Shown here: in pieces, positions 8,990 through 20,112 of the stretch
Layout: each line of letters starts with the position of its first letter
How positions within the stretch are numbered: position 1 is the stretch's first letter
Assembly (NCBI GenBank): GCA_050287085.1
Contig: JBNKBE010000015.1
Coordinates: 96,001 to 160,000, forward strand
DNA: 64,000 bases
Reading direction: 5' to 3'
Origin: Polyangiaceae bacterium
GTDB lineage: Bacteria > Myxococcota_A > Polyangia > Polyangiales > Polyangiaceae
Program-made: the position numbers and the translations under genes
Notes under the pieces: generated by a model
Database searches by the model: none
Told to the model about the DNA's origin: nothing
The model's input: the letters and a program-made list of their open reading frames with translations, nothing else

Positions 8990-10592
8990 TCAGCCCTAGC
9001 AACTGCTCACCCGTGACCCCCAAACGCGCTGCAGCGTGTGCGGCGAGTGACGTCTTTGCCACCCCAGGGCCAAACTGATAGGTCGGCTCTTGACGCGGAC
9101 CCAGCAGGACCTGCAAGAAGCGTAAGCTGCCAATCGCGCCCGCGGCCTGCAGCCGACTTGCAAAGTCGAGAAAGTGCGTGGTGATGAACGCCTGGGGCGC
9201 CAGCTTCTCGAGCATGCGCACCACGAGCTCGAAAATCTCTTCCCCTTCGGAAGGGTTGGTACCCGAGCAGAGTTCGTCCAAAATGACCATCGCCCCTGGG
9301 GGCAAGCACTCAAACAACTGCCGAATACGCATCAACTCCATACCGAGACGTCCCTCCGTTTGGTCAACGTGTGTTTCCTGAATCAGGGATACAACCATCC
9401 CCGGACACGGCGCAAGCTGTGCCGCGCGGGCTGGCACGAAGAGTCCAACCTGCGCCAAGAGCTGGGTTAGTCCAATCGCCTGCAATAGGCGCGTCTTGCC
9501 GCCACTGTTGGGCCCGGTAATGAGCGTGGTGGCCACGTTTCTGTCACACTCCAAATCGCAGGGCACCGGAATCTGTTTACCCATCAACAATGGATTGAAC
9601 AATCCAACGACCTGCCTTGGCGCGCCGGACTCAACAAATTCCGGCAGGCAAACCTCCAGGCCCGACGCACGCGCACGCTCCGCAAAGCCGAGCGCCCCCA
9701 GGTAGAATTCGAGATCACCCAGTACTTGCACCAAAACGACAAACTGCGGGCGTACCCCCTCGAAGACCGCGTCCAGCAAACGTGCCATCACCTCCCCGTC
9801 CCCGAACCGGAAGCCTCTCAAGAACAACTCTAGCTTGGCAAGCCACCGCTTCCACGGAGCCGCTAGAAACATATTGTCGGTCTCTTCATGCGCCTCAACG
9901 AGCTCTAAGCGCCGCACGCGCCCGTCAGCCCCGATTGCAACTTTGAAACTCAGGCTGGCCATCTGTTCGTCGTACGCGAGCAACTCGACGAGAGCGCGAT
10001 AGCCCTCACTACCCCGCACAGAGTCCGCGTAGCGGGTGAGACGCTGGAGTCCCGAAGTTGCGCCGGCAAAGCCCTCGGCTAAAAGCTCGATCAGCGTCCG
10101 AAAACTCTCGAGAATGCTCAGCTGGCGCCGGTTGGAATCAAGGGTACTGTGCCCAGACGTTCCCTCAAGCAAGGCACGCAACTGACTGAGACGCTGGTAG
10201 ACGCGCTTGAGATTGTTCGCGAGTGCTGGCGCTTGATCCAGCTCCGACAATATCTCGCGGCGTAGCTGCACTGATGCAAAGTCCTTGGGTGGAGAACACA
10301 AGAGACGAGACAGATGCTCGGTGCACACCTCCGGCGTTTGACCTCCGATACTGGGACGCAGGCATTGGGCCACGAAGGTGCTCAGAAACAGATCTCGTGC
10401 AAAGGCCCCGGGCTGAAACGACGAAGGGGCGTGGGGAGCGCGGCCCAACGCGTCGAAGAACAGACCACCGGAACTACCTGCAAAAGCCAGCACCAGCGCC
10501 AGATCAGTCGCTTCGGCGTCGATCCGCAGCGCGGGACCCGCATGCAGTAGATCCAGAATGGCGACGGAAGGGGGATCGGAGAAGACGTTCAT
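8955..10592 (-). CDS. MutS-related protein (MutS domain V ATPase)
   Basis: ITGPNSGGKT Walker A, ILDELCSGTN Walker B, TTHF, GRLGMEL; no recognisable mismatch-binding or Smr domain. Confidence 0.85.
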   Translation of the reverse strand: MNVFSDPPSVAILDLLHAGPALRIDAEATDLALVLAFAGSSGGLFFDALGRAPHAPSSFQPGAFARDLFLSTFVAQCLRPSIGGQTPEVCTEHLSRLLCSPPKDFASVQLRREILSELDQAPALANNLKRVYQRLSQLRALLEGTSGHSTLDSNRRQLSILESFRTLIELLAEGFAGATSGLQRLTRYADSVRGSEGYRALVELLAYDEQMASLSFKVAIGADGRVRRLELVEAHEETDNMFLAAPWKRWLAKLELFLRGFRFGDGEVMARLLDAVFEGVRPQFVVLVQVLGDLEFYLGALGFAERARASGLEVCLPEFVESGAPRQVVGLFNPLLMGKQIPVPCDLECDRNVATTLITGPNSGGKTRLLQAIGLTQLLAQVGLFVPARAAQLAPCPGMVVSLIQETHVDQTEGRLGMELMRIRQLFECLPPGAMVILDELCSGTNPSEGEEIFELVVRMLEKLAPQAFITTHFLDFASRLQAAGAIGSLRFLQVLLGPRQEPTYQFGPGVAKTSLAAHAAARLGVTGEQLLGLIERNTRSGGAA

Positions 10593-10734
10593 GGGTATCC
10601 TTGGACTCCCATCCCTACCATCAAATTGGGCTCCAGCGCTCACCAGACTGCGGGCTGGCCAGCCCCTTGCTTCCGTTGCCTCCTGGGTCGCTCATCACTC
10701 GCATCGAAGAACGCGTTCACGCTAGCCTGCACGG

Positions 10735-11232
10735 GTGAAGACCAACGCCATTCGGATTCTCGAGCAGCACGGGGTGGCCCACCGGCTGCTTCACTACGAG
10801 GTCGATCCTGACGACCTGACGGCAACAACCGTAGCCGAAAAAGTGGGCATGCTGCCGAGCGCCGTATTCAAGACGCTCGTGTGCCGCTCGGAGCACTCCA
10901 AGATTTGCTTTGCGATCGTGCCCGGTGACCGCGAACTGGACCTGAAGGTGCTGGCGAAGTCGGCCAACGCGCGGAAAGTACAGCCGGTTGCCCTCAAAGA
11001 CGTGCAGCCGTTGACCGGCTATGTGCGCGGAGGTGTCACTGTCTTGGGTGCAAGGAAAGCATTCCCCGTCTACTTGGACAAGAGCGCATTCGATTGGGAC
11101 GAAATCGCGGTATCGGCCGGCGTCCGGGGTACTCAGGTCCTACTCGCGCCCACCTGCTACGCGCGGGTAACCCGCGCCCAGGTCGTCGCAGCGCTGGCGC
11201 GATCGAGCTCGGCCCCACTCGCCCACCACTGA
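10735..11232 (+). CDS. ybaK: Cys-tRNA(Pro) deacylase YbaK
   Basis: KTNAIRIL, VFKTLV, TGYVRGG, VSAGVRG. Confidence 0.93.
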   Translation: MKTNAIRILEQHGVAHRLLHYEVDPDDLTATTVAEKVGMLPSAVFKTLVCRSEHSKICFAIVPGDRELDLKVLAKSANARKVQPVALKDVQPLTGYVRGGVTVLGARKAFPVYLDKSAFDWDEIAVSAGVRGTQVLLAPTCYARVTRAQVVAALARSSSAPLAHH

Positions 11233-11270
11233 AGCAGGCGCGTCGACCCGACCGGTGATATCGTGTCGCT

Positions 11271-12419
<1,149 letters not shown>

Positions 12420-12547
12420 ACGCTGTCCACTCAAACGCCGTCCCACCAGCGCGGCCCACACCGCATATCGGAGTGCCGACCTGCCGCTGTCAGACGCGCG
12501 ACTGGAAGGTCCCAGCAAATGGTTGCCGTCGATATTCAATTCGTCCA

Positions 12548-12978
12548 TGAAACCCACGCCCCCCGGTTGGCCCCGCATCTCGTCGGCCATCTACTACGAA
12601 GACCCGGCTCACGCGATCGACTGGTTGTGCCAAGCGTTTGGCTTTGAGGTGCAACTGAGGGTGAAGGCGACGGCGGGCGCATCGAGCATTCTGAGCTTGT
12701 CTACGGCGGCGGCTTGATCATGGTCGTCGGCGGAAAGCGCCCGGGCTGCAAGCCCCCTGCTGGCGGCCTCAACACGCAGAATATGATGGTCTATGTCGAC
12801 GACGCTGACGCGCATTGTGAGCGGGCCCGCGCCTGCGGAGCCACCATTACGTCAGAGCCCACGACCACCGACTATGGCGGTGACTACTGGACAGATCGCG
12901 GCTACGAGTGCAAAGACATTGGGGGTCACACTTGGTGTGTTCTGCCAAAGACTCAGTGCCGAGAGCAAACCAGCTTGA
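12548..12978 (+). pseudogene. VOC/glyoxalase/bleomycin-resistance family gene with two frameshifts
   Basis: 'YEDPAHAIDWLCQAFGF' shifts frame near 12665 into 'GRIEHSEL...VYVDDADAHCERA...DIGGHTW', and again near 12938 into 'FCQRL'. Confidence 0.8.
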
Positions 12979-13060
12979 CGACAACTGCAACTGCACGGCT
13001 GGACCGCACGCTGAGCGCCCTCGCGGACCCCACCCCTCGCTCCGTGAGCGAGCTACTCTG
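12975..13060 (+). pseudogene. ArsR-family regulator N-terminal remnant
   Basis: 'LDRTLSALADPTPRSVSELL', TTG start overlapping the VOC stop; HTH region missing. Confidence 0.6.
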
Positions 13061-13092
13061 TTGGTCACCGGACCCCAATACGTATGCGGCGA

Positions 13093-14253
13093 TCAGAAGC
13101 CGGAGAAGAAACTCCAAATGGCCTCGGGCTCCTCATTCCACGGCGCGTGCCCCCCGGAAAACTCACACCAGAAGGTCGGGGCATCGCAATCCTGGTATTC
13201 CACGCATGGCGCCGGACTAACAGGCATGGTCTGCTGACCGCAGTTGTTGCGTTCCAGGTATTGCTCGAGGGCATCGTGACCACTCTGAGTCGTCACAAAG
13301 GTGTCCGCGTCTCCATGAAAAGCCATGATGGGAAGCGGTGAATGATTGTTCTTATCGTGCGGGATAACCGTGAGGTTTCCAGAACAAGGCGCAATGGCGC
13401 GAAAGACGTCGAATTGGAACCCCACCGTGTAGGACATCATTCCGCCAAAGCTGAAGCCCGTGGAGAAGATGCGCTCCTGATCGATGCACAGCCCGTCGTT
13501 GAAGCGCTCGAGGAGGGTCGTGAAGAACTGCATATCGTCGCCCCCCTCATTCCACCAGCCCTTGCCATTCACCATTTCGTTCGAGCCGCTCAGGCCGTCC
13601 GGGGCAACGAAGATTGCACTGCCATTCGATAGCGGCTTCAGTCCGTTGTAATTGCCTGCGACCTGTTGTGCGTTGCCCCCCAACGGGTGCCACACAAAGA
13701 CCAGACGGTACGCCTCGTCTGGGTCGTAGTCCGCTGGCACGTCTAGAATATAGGTACGCATCGTTCCGTTGATGTCGACAGTGAAGGTACCGCTCTGGAG
13801 CGGCGACGCGGAGCCGCAGCCCGGGCTGCGAACAGTGCTCATCGAGTCATCGTCGTCATCACCCAGGCCAGAGCCCGCCGTACCGGCATCCCCCTCTGGA
13901 ACCTCCGTCTCAGCAGCCCCGCCCACGCCAGCCGACGCCATGTCCGCGTCGGCTCCGGCCATTCCGGAGTTCGCCATACCAGAACCACCTTGGCCAGCCA
14001 CGCCAGCACGGCTCGCATCATCCCCCGCGTCGCCCGCAGCGGCCCCGCCCCCACCGGATACGGTGTCGGCTCCGCCGCTTCCGCCGGAAACCGCACTCGC
14101 TCCCCCGGGCAGGCCCCCACCACCGGATTCGCCTAGCGACGTCATGCCACCATTGTCTCCGACGGGCACGCTCGTGTCCTCCGCGCACCCCGCGGCAAGG
14201 ATCAAACTCAAGAACACTACGCGGACGTCTGTTGCAGCATTGCAGGTCATCAT
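13093..14253 (-). CDS. Alpha/beta-hydrolase lipoprotein (PHB depolymerase/LpqP/feruloyl esterase-like)
   Basis: Lipobox AAGC, Gly-rich linker, TGFSFGG nucleophile elbow, HGDAD, GGH. Confidence 0.85.
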   Translation of the reverse strand: MMTCNAATDVRVVFLSLILAAGCAEDTSVPVGDNGGMTSLGESGGGGLPGGASAVSGGSGGADTVSGGGGAAAGDAGDDASRAGVAGQGGSGMANSGMAGADADMASAGVGGAAETEVPEGDAGTAGSGLGDDDDDSMSTVRSPGCGSASPLQSGTFTVDINGTMRTYILDVPADYDPDEAYRLVFVWHPLGGNAQQVAGNYNGLKPLSNGSAIFVAPDGLSGSNEMVNGKGWWNEGGDDMQFFTTLLERFNDGLCIDQERIFSTGFSFGGMMSYTVGFQFDVFRAIAPCSGNLTVIPHDKNNHSPLPIMAFHGDADTFVTTQSGHDALEQYLERNNCGQQTMPVSPAPCVEYQDCDAPTFWCEFSGGHAPWNEEPEAIWSFFSGF

Positions 14254-15067
14254 GATCGTTCCCCTCGCTCGTCGATGCGGTCTCTCCTTCGCGTGAGGAC
14301 TCGCATGATCTCATTACCTGAGTGGTCCATATCATGGCGCTTGCGCTGGCGGGAACTTGAGCACAGCGTGACCTTCTCGATGGGCTCTAGACGCAGCCAC
14401 CCAGACAAGACTCTTTCCGCGCTGCTGGATGGCCCCATTCGTCGTGTACCCGTTCTTTTCTGACCGGTTCTGCACGAGTCGTGCGGCGCTCCTGAAATGC
14501 GGGTGATTCCGCGCTCTTTGAGCGGCACGGCTAGACAACGCTGTTGTCGGGAACACCTTCGCCACCCTTGAAGAAGGACAGCTGGCACAGCAACCGCTCA
14601 CTTTTTCCAGCTACACGAGACCCTCGTAGGCGACGATATGGACAACTGCTAAGACGTAGAACGCAAACATTCCTAGCCTGATCTGCAAATCACCAGTGCT
14701 ATACGAACCGCCACATGGGGAACAAGCCTGTCCACCGAAGCGACCAAGTCCGGGAGTCGCCGGGCTGGAGGAGGAACTAGGTGGTAAGAAGGCAACGCTT
14801 GCGCTTCCAGCGTCTTCCCGGTGGCCATCGTTTACCCGGCGCACCCACCTTCGGAGCGCACGCTTCTTGATCCTGTCTGACTCAACCGTGACGGCCGCGA
14901 ATCCACTGCGGCCTTGGGCAGAGCGCCAGGACACGTGGGACAACATTTCGCGCTCCGAGATGCGGCTCGCTGCGGACTCAGCGCACGTCGCGGATTTCAA
15001 TGAGGAACCCGTGGCATCTTGTCTTGGCCAGACGTCGTGTCCGGTTGAAACACCCAGGAGAGTACCA

Positions 15068-16429
15068 GTGCCCGATCGTTCCCTCTACCCGTTGACTCGT
15101 ATCGCCGCCTTTGCGACCACAACTCTCGCCGCCGCGCTCATCGCGCCGCAGGCATCCGCCAGGGCGCCGGTAACGCTCGACGATGCGTTCCTGGAAGTTG
15201 CCCGGCAGGCACCCGAGTTTGCGGGGGCGTACTATAGCGATGGCGGTAACCTGACCATCAATGTCGCGACTCCTGAAAAGACACCCAACGCGAAACAGCG
15301 GACGTCCACGCTGGACGCGTTCATACGCGTCTTCGGTAAGGCCGCGCTTCAACCGAAGCCCTCTCACCGACGACCGAACCAACGCAGCTATGACGTGAAT
15401 TTCCGCAGCGTGCGCTACCCCTTCGCCACCCTATCGACGTGGTACAATCGCAACGTACGCCCGCTGCTGCGCATCAAGGGAGTCACGTTCAGCGACATAG
15501 ACGAGCGGCGCAACCAGTTGGTCCTCGGCGTCAGCGACAAGCAGGTGATGCTCGAAGTGTGGAAGGCTATCGAGTCCGCCGGACTCGCACCAGACTCCGT
15601 GGTGTTGGATGACGGTCGAGAGCTGGTCTACCAATACTCAGGCTCCATCGTCGGCTCGGAACAGCGCCCTACCATTGCCGGCATCGAGCTCGGTACGGAG
15701 AGCGGTGGCCGGTGTACGCTGGGCATGAACGCGGAGTTCCCCGAATGGTGGTGGACAAGCCCTGGGTTCGTGACCGCCGGGCACTGCACGGGCGATTGGG
15801 ACCTCTTTGGCAACTCACTCGCGCAGCCCGCAGGCGGAGACATCATTGCCTGGGAGTTCTTCAAGCCGGCCTTCGTACCCTCCGCGGACTGCAACTTCGA
15901 CGGCTGTCGTTACAGCGACACGGTGGCGGCCAAGTACAACAGCGATGTGGCGTTCGAGGATGACCCAAGCATCATCCGCACCCGAGACCGCGAAGGTGAC
16001 GTCAACGTAGATGTAGACGCCCAAACGTTTGACGTCACCAGCGCCAGCACATGGCTCCTCAGCGGTGATGAGGTGCAGAAGGTAGGCGTCGCAGCGGGCT
16101 GGCGGGACGCCGCCATCAATCAGACGTGCGTCGACTTCGAAGCGCCAGACTCCACCGGCGGCGAGCGGGGCTTCTTATGTCAGTTCACCGCGGCGACCAT
16201 GACCGATCTGGACGTCTCCTGCCCGGGTGACAGTGGGGCCCCGGTGTTCTTCTGGCACGAAACGCTGGCGCCCAACGCGCTGCTTGCTGGGTTCCTTTGG
16301 GGAGGATTTCTGGAAAGTGGTACATCGTCGCCGTGCGCACCGGAGTACGTGTTCAGCCCCATGTCAGGCGTCGCGGCCGACCTGGGACCGATGTCCATCG
16401 GTCACCTACCGATGGCTAGCTGGTACTGA
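15068..16429 (+). CDS. Secreted S1 (chymotrypsin-like, alpha-lytic type) serine protease with propeptide
   Basis: Signal peptide ending ASA, RCTLG, VTAGHC, YSD, CPGDSGAP; AGGAG RBS before GTG 15068. Confidence 0.85.
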   Translation: MPDRSLYPLTRIAAFATTTLAAALIAPQASARAPVTLDDAFLEVARQAPEFAGAYYSDGGNLTINVATPEKTPNAKQRTSTLDAFIRVFGKAALQPKPSHRRPNQRSYDVNFRSVRYPFATLSTWYNRNVRPLLRIKGVTFSDIDERRNQLVLGVSDKQVMLEVWKAIESAGLAPDSVVLDDGRELVYQYSGSIVGSEQRPTIAGIELGTESGGRCTLGMNAEFPEWWWTSPGFVTAGHCTGDWDLFGNSLAQPAGGDIIAWEFFKPAFVPSADCNFDGCRYSDTVAAKYNSDVAFEDDPSIIRTRDREGDVNVDVDAQTFDVTSASTWLLSGDEVQKVGVAAGWRDAAINQTCVDFEAPDSTGGERGFLCQFTAATMTDLDVSCPGDSGAPVFFWHETLAPNALLAGFLWGGFLESGTSSPCAPEYVFSPMSGVAADLGPMSIGHLPMASWY

Positions 16430-16581
16430 CTCAGAAGCCGCGCTGGCCCGCCCGTCGTGGGTCCTGAACGCATCCGGACGCCACCCAACCGGCTGAGCGG
16501 TGCGACAGTAAAGAGCCTGCCCGGCAATTCTACACTCGGAAGTGTAACCAATCCTCCACTGCCGCTCACTAAGGCAGCCGT

Positions 16582-18189
16582 ATGCGCTCACGATACCTCG
16601 TGCATGTCGGACTGGTTTGCTGCCTGGCGGGGTGCGGTGATTCGTCATCCGACGACCCAAGCGGCCATGTGGGGGGGAGCGGTGGCGACGCTTCGGCGCT
16701 TGCTGGAGCCACGAGCGCCGGGGAGACGGGGGCCTCCGGTGCACACGCAGGTGGCGCAGGCGGTGCTGTTGAAACCGCCGGCGCGAGCAACGGCGGAGCG
16801 TCGGGAGGGTTGAATTCGGCTGGCGCGGGAGGCACCGTGGGGGATCCTGGGGGTGCGAGCGGTTGCGGTGGAGGAAGCACTAGCGCCGAGTGTGGCGGCG
16901 CTGGCGCTGGCGGTGCTGGCGCTGGCGGCGACGGCACCGCAGGAACGGGAGTTGGTGGCGCCGGGGTGGACGAGCCCACGCCGGCGTTTGCCGCTGACCT
17001 GGACAAGTTTAGGTATGAGTGTCCGTGCTTACCGGGCGCGGCAAATCACACGGGTGACGGCAATTGCAATATGGCTCCTGAGGTCGACCGGCAAACGACG
17101 GTCAAGACCATGGATGGGGACCCGGATACGCTCTACGACGTGACGTTTCGGGTACGCGGCATCGCCGAGCCAAACACCTACACCGGCGGAACGCTAGAGG
17201 GGGAGCGCTTCTACACCGGCGGAACGACAACCACCGCTGGTTATACTTCCTACATGCTGACGGTTGCGGAGCCGGCACAACACTACTTCTTCAACTACAG
17301 TCCAACCACCGGTCACTTCAACTTCCTGCTGGACTACGAGGTCACCATCAGGATTCGCGGCGGAAGTGAAGTGACCTTCGACGTCAATGGCGACGGCTCG
17401 GTTCCTGATGGGCACGGCGTGTCCAACGACGGCCAGACCATTGTGCCCGATGTCCCGCCCGCCCCGGATTGGTACGACGGTCAGTTCGTTCAACTGGACG
17501 TGGTGTCGGTAGAGCCGGTGGCTACTCAGAGCGGACTCCTCGCCGTTGCGGCAGAGCTCAACTCGTCCGCGGGCTTCAAGCTGGAAGCGCCTTGTGGCGC
17601 GCTCGATCCCCGGCAAAGAAGCTGTGATCACAACCCCAGAGACAATTGCGGGAGCGGCTCTACGACATTCCTGCGAACGGACGGCACTGTGGCCGGGGAA
17701 GCCGGGACGTTCTACAACGTCACCTTGCACTTTCGGGGTATCGTTGAGGCCAACCAATACGATGGCGGCACCTCCGAGCACAACGGGTTCTATGTTGGCG
17801 GACGAGCGAGCAATGCCAACGGCCTAGACGGTGGAGAGCAGTACAACCAATACGTGCTTGAGGTAGCCTCGCCCCCAGGCGTCTACCATCTCAACAACAT
17901 CGATCAGGAGCAGCGCGACACGTACCGTCAGGGCCTCGCGGGCTCCTCCGGGGTTCATCACTTTGGCTTCGTCTTGGACTATAGCGCCACCATTCGGGTT
18001 GAAGGCGGCACCACCGTAAGCCTGTATCTGTTGGACAACGATTGCTTGTTTGGCCGCAACTGTGAGCCGCCCGCTGACGACTTTGGTAGCTGTCAGGCGC
18101 TCTCACTCCCCGACGTCTCTGAAATCCAACAGCCGTTCGACGGCAACTTCATTTGGGTGGATGTGGAGGACGTCGCGCTAGCTCCTTGA
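16582..18189 (+). CDS. Lipoprotein with Gly-rich linker and two tandem unknown beta-rich domains
   Basis: Lipobox LAGC; internal duplication YDVTFRVRGIAE / YNVTLHFRGIVE ... YDGQF / FDGNF. Confidence 0.75.
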   Translation: MRSRYLVHVGLVCCLAGCGDSSSDDPSGHVGGSGGDASALAGATSAGETGASGAHAGGAGGAVETAGASNGGASGGLNSAGAGGTVGDPGGASGCGGGSTSAECGGAGAGGAGAGGDGTAGTGVGGAGVDEPTPAFAADLDKFRYECPCLPGAANHTGDGNCNMAPEVDRQTTVKTMDGDPDTLYDVTFRVRGIAEPNTYTGGTLEGERFYTGGTTTTAGYTSYMLTVAEPAQHYFFNYSPTTGHFNFLLDYEVTIRIRGGSEVTFDVNGDGSVPDGHGVSNDGQTIVPDVPPAPDWYDGQFVQLDVVSVEPVATQSGLLAVAAELNSSAGFKLEAPCGALDPRQRSCDHNPRDNCGSGSTTFLRTDGTVAGEAGTFYNVTLHFRGIVEANQYDGGTSEHNGFYVGGRASNANGLDGGEQYNQYVLEVASPPGVYHLNNIDQEQRDTYRQGLAGSSGVHHFGFVLDYSATIRVEGGTTVSLYLLDNDCLFGRNCEPPADDFGSCQALSLPDVSEIQQPFDGNFIWVDVEDVALAP

Positions 18190-18353
18190 CCGGCACGCCG
18201 CTGGGCCCTCATGAGCGACCGTTGCTCGTCCTATGTCGCAAATGGCGGGCTGCACTGCTTCCTCCCGATCGTGGCGATTTCAACCCACTGGGCGGTGGCG
18301 AGCGGCCAGTGCAGGACTTGTTCCCACAGATTTTCGCGATACGGTATGAGCTG

Positions 18354-19190
18354 ATGCCGCTGCGATGGACCGTCCACGAACCGTCTGTTCCCCCGCAACT
18401 GCAACGAGACGTGCACCACGTCAGGCTCTTCGACAACCGAAGCCCGAAGCCCTATTGCGTCAAAGTTGCTCCGGTCGCGTTGCCCGGCATTGTCCTGCAC
18501 CACCGCGGACGCTCAGGGGCGATTCGAAATATCGAAACCCCGCTCGGACTCACAAGCCGCTTGCCGTTGATATTCGTATACGGGGCAGGAACGACGCCCA
18601 GCACCATGCGTTTTCATGGCGGACCGCACACCACCATTCAGATCATTCTCAAACCTCATGGTCTTCGCTCCCTTCTGGGCTTGAACGCGGCTTCGCTACG
18701 CAACAATTTCTTGCCACTCTCCCAGCTTCCAAGAGCTCCGCTACAGCGAGACGTGCTCGCCTTGTCGCCCTCGGAAGCTAAGCTGAGCGCTCTGCTTCAA
18801 TATTTGGAAGCCGAGTCCACGCTGCACAACACCCACGACCCCTTGGTGGTCCTAGCGCTCGAGTGGATGGACGAACAGATTTGCGACCTACGGCTACCCC
18901 GCCTCTTGAAGGATCTCGGTGTCACTGAACGTCAACTCCAACGCAGATTCTTGGCCTCCGTAGGCGTTACCCCAAAGACCTATATTAGGATTCGACGCTT
19001 CAATGAAGCCCTCCGAATGATGAAGGGTCGCCGGCACGCTACTTTGGCTAGTATCGCCTACGAGCTCAACTTCGCTGACCAATCTCATTTCATCCGTGAT
19101 CTGAAGGCATTTTCCCTAGTCACCCCACGCGGTCTCTCTGAGCGTGCCGACCACTTCCACGAATTGGCGGGGTTTTCCTACGCGGACTGA
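18354..19190 (+). CDS. AraC-family transcriptional regulator
   Basis: 'ERQLQRRFLASVGVTPK...RF', 'FADQSHFIRDLKAF'; start uncertain. Confidence 0.9.
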   Translation: MPLRWTVHEPSVPPQLQRDVHHVRLFDNRSPKPYCVKVAPVALPGIVLHHRGRSGAIRNIETPLGLTSRLPLIFVYGAGTTPSTMRFHGGPHTTIQIILKPHGLRSLLGLNAASLRNNFLPLSQLPRAPLQRDVLALSPSEAKLSALLQYLEAESTLHNTHDPLVVLALEWMDEQICDLRLPRLLKDLGVTERQLQRRFLASVGVTPKTYIRIRRFNEALRMMKGRRHATLASIAYELNFADQSHFIRDLKAFSLVTPRGLSERADHFHELAGFSYAD

Positions 19191-19242
19191 GTTTGTCGGA
19201 AATGTCCAATTCACCACGATGCCGCGTTGCTAAACGCAACCC

Positions 19243-19830
19243 ATGAAGAAAATTGTCGTCTTTAACAATCTGAGCGTGGACGGGATGTTTTGCGATGCGA
19301 TGGGTGGCGTGAACTGGTCCAAACGCGACGACGGCGAACTCACGGAGTATGTCAGACAGACCGGCAGCGAAATCGGAGCGTATGTTTTTGGCAGAGTGAC
19401 ATACGAGATGTTCGCGGGCTTCTGGCCGACACCAGCGGGCAAGTCTGCAAACCCCTACTTCGCCAAGCTCCTCACCGAAGGTAAGAAGGTGGTGTTTTCC
19501 AGTAAGCTGAAGAAAGCATCATGGGAACGCACCGTCATCGAAACCCAGGCAGACGCCGCCTCCATCGCCCGACTGAAGGCATCAACGGATGGTGATTGCT
19601 TGGTTTTCGGCAGCGGGACTCTGGTGCGTGACTTGACCAACAAGGGCTTGATTGACGAGTACCAGGTTGTTCTCAATCCCGTGCTCCTCGGCGGCGGACG
19701 ACCCTTGTTCGGCCCAATGCCGTCACAGGTCGAGCTAGAATTCCTCGAGTCCAAACCCTTCAGCAACGGCACCGTGCTTCTGCGCTTCGCACGCAAGTAT
19801 TTCGGCCCGCAAAGCGATTCCAAGCTTTGA
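19243..19830 (+). CDS. Dihydrofolate reductase family (RibD C-terminal) protein
   Basis: 'SVDG', 'FGRVTYE', 'FGSGTLV', 'LIDEY...PVLLGGG'. Confidence 0.9.
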   Translation: MKKIVVFNNLSVDGMFCDAMGGVNWSKRDDGELTEYVRQTGSEIGAYVFGRVTYEMFAGFWPTPAGKSANPYFAKLLTEGKKVVFSSKLKKASWERTVIETQADAASIARLKASTDGDCLVFGSGTLVRDLTNKGLIDEYQVVLNPVLLGGGRPLFGPMPSQVELEFLESKPFSNGTVLLRFARKYFGPQSDSKL

Positions 19831-20112
19831 TGTTTAGCGGAGGCCATCCACAAAACACCCCTACCCTGGTAGTCTGGCACGAGCACGAGCTCGTACATGA
19901 GGCACGGACTTGTTTGACTCTCGTCACGACTTGGCGAACGTTCGACGAACCCGCTTGCTCGATCCGCACCGCCGTCAGCAACGGGACGTAGGCTTGAAGG
20001 ATGAGCTAGAGCCCTTTGCCAACGCGGCTCTCCGGATCCAAGTCCCACTCGCGGTTCAGCTGCGGATAGAGCTCTCCAAGAGATAACCCCTTCACGGCGC
20101 AAGGGGTCCCAC

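Noticed and set aside
14254..15067. Long gap and N-terminal extension of the protease ORF from 14696
   Set aside because: RBS and signal peptide point to GTG 15068; no recognisable gene or RNA in the gap by eye
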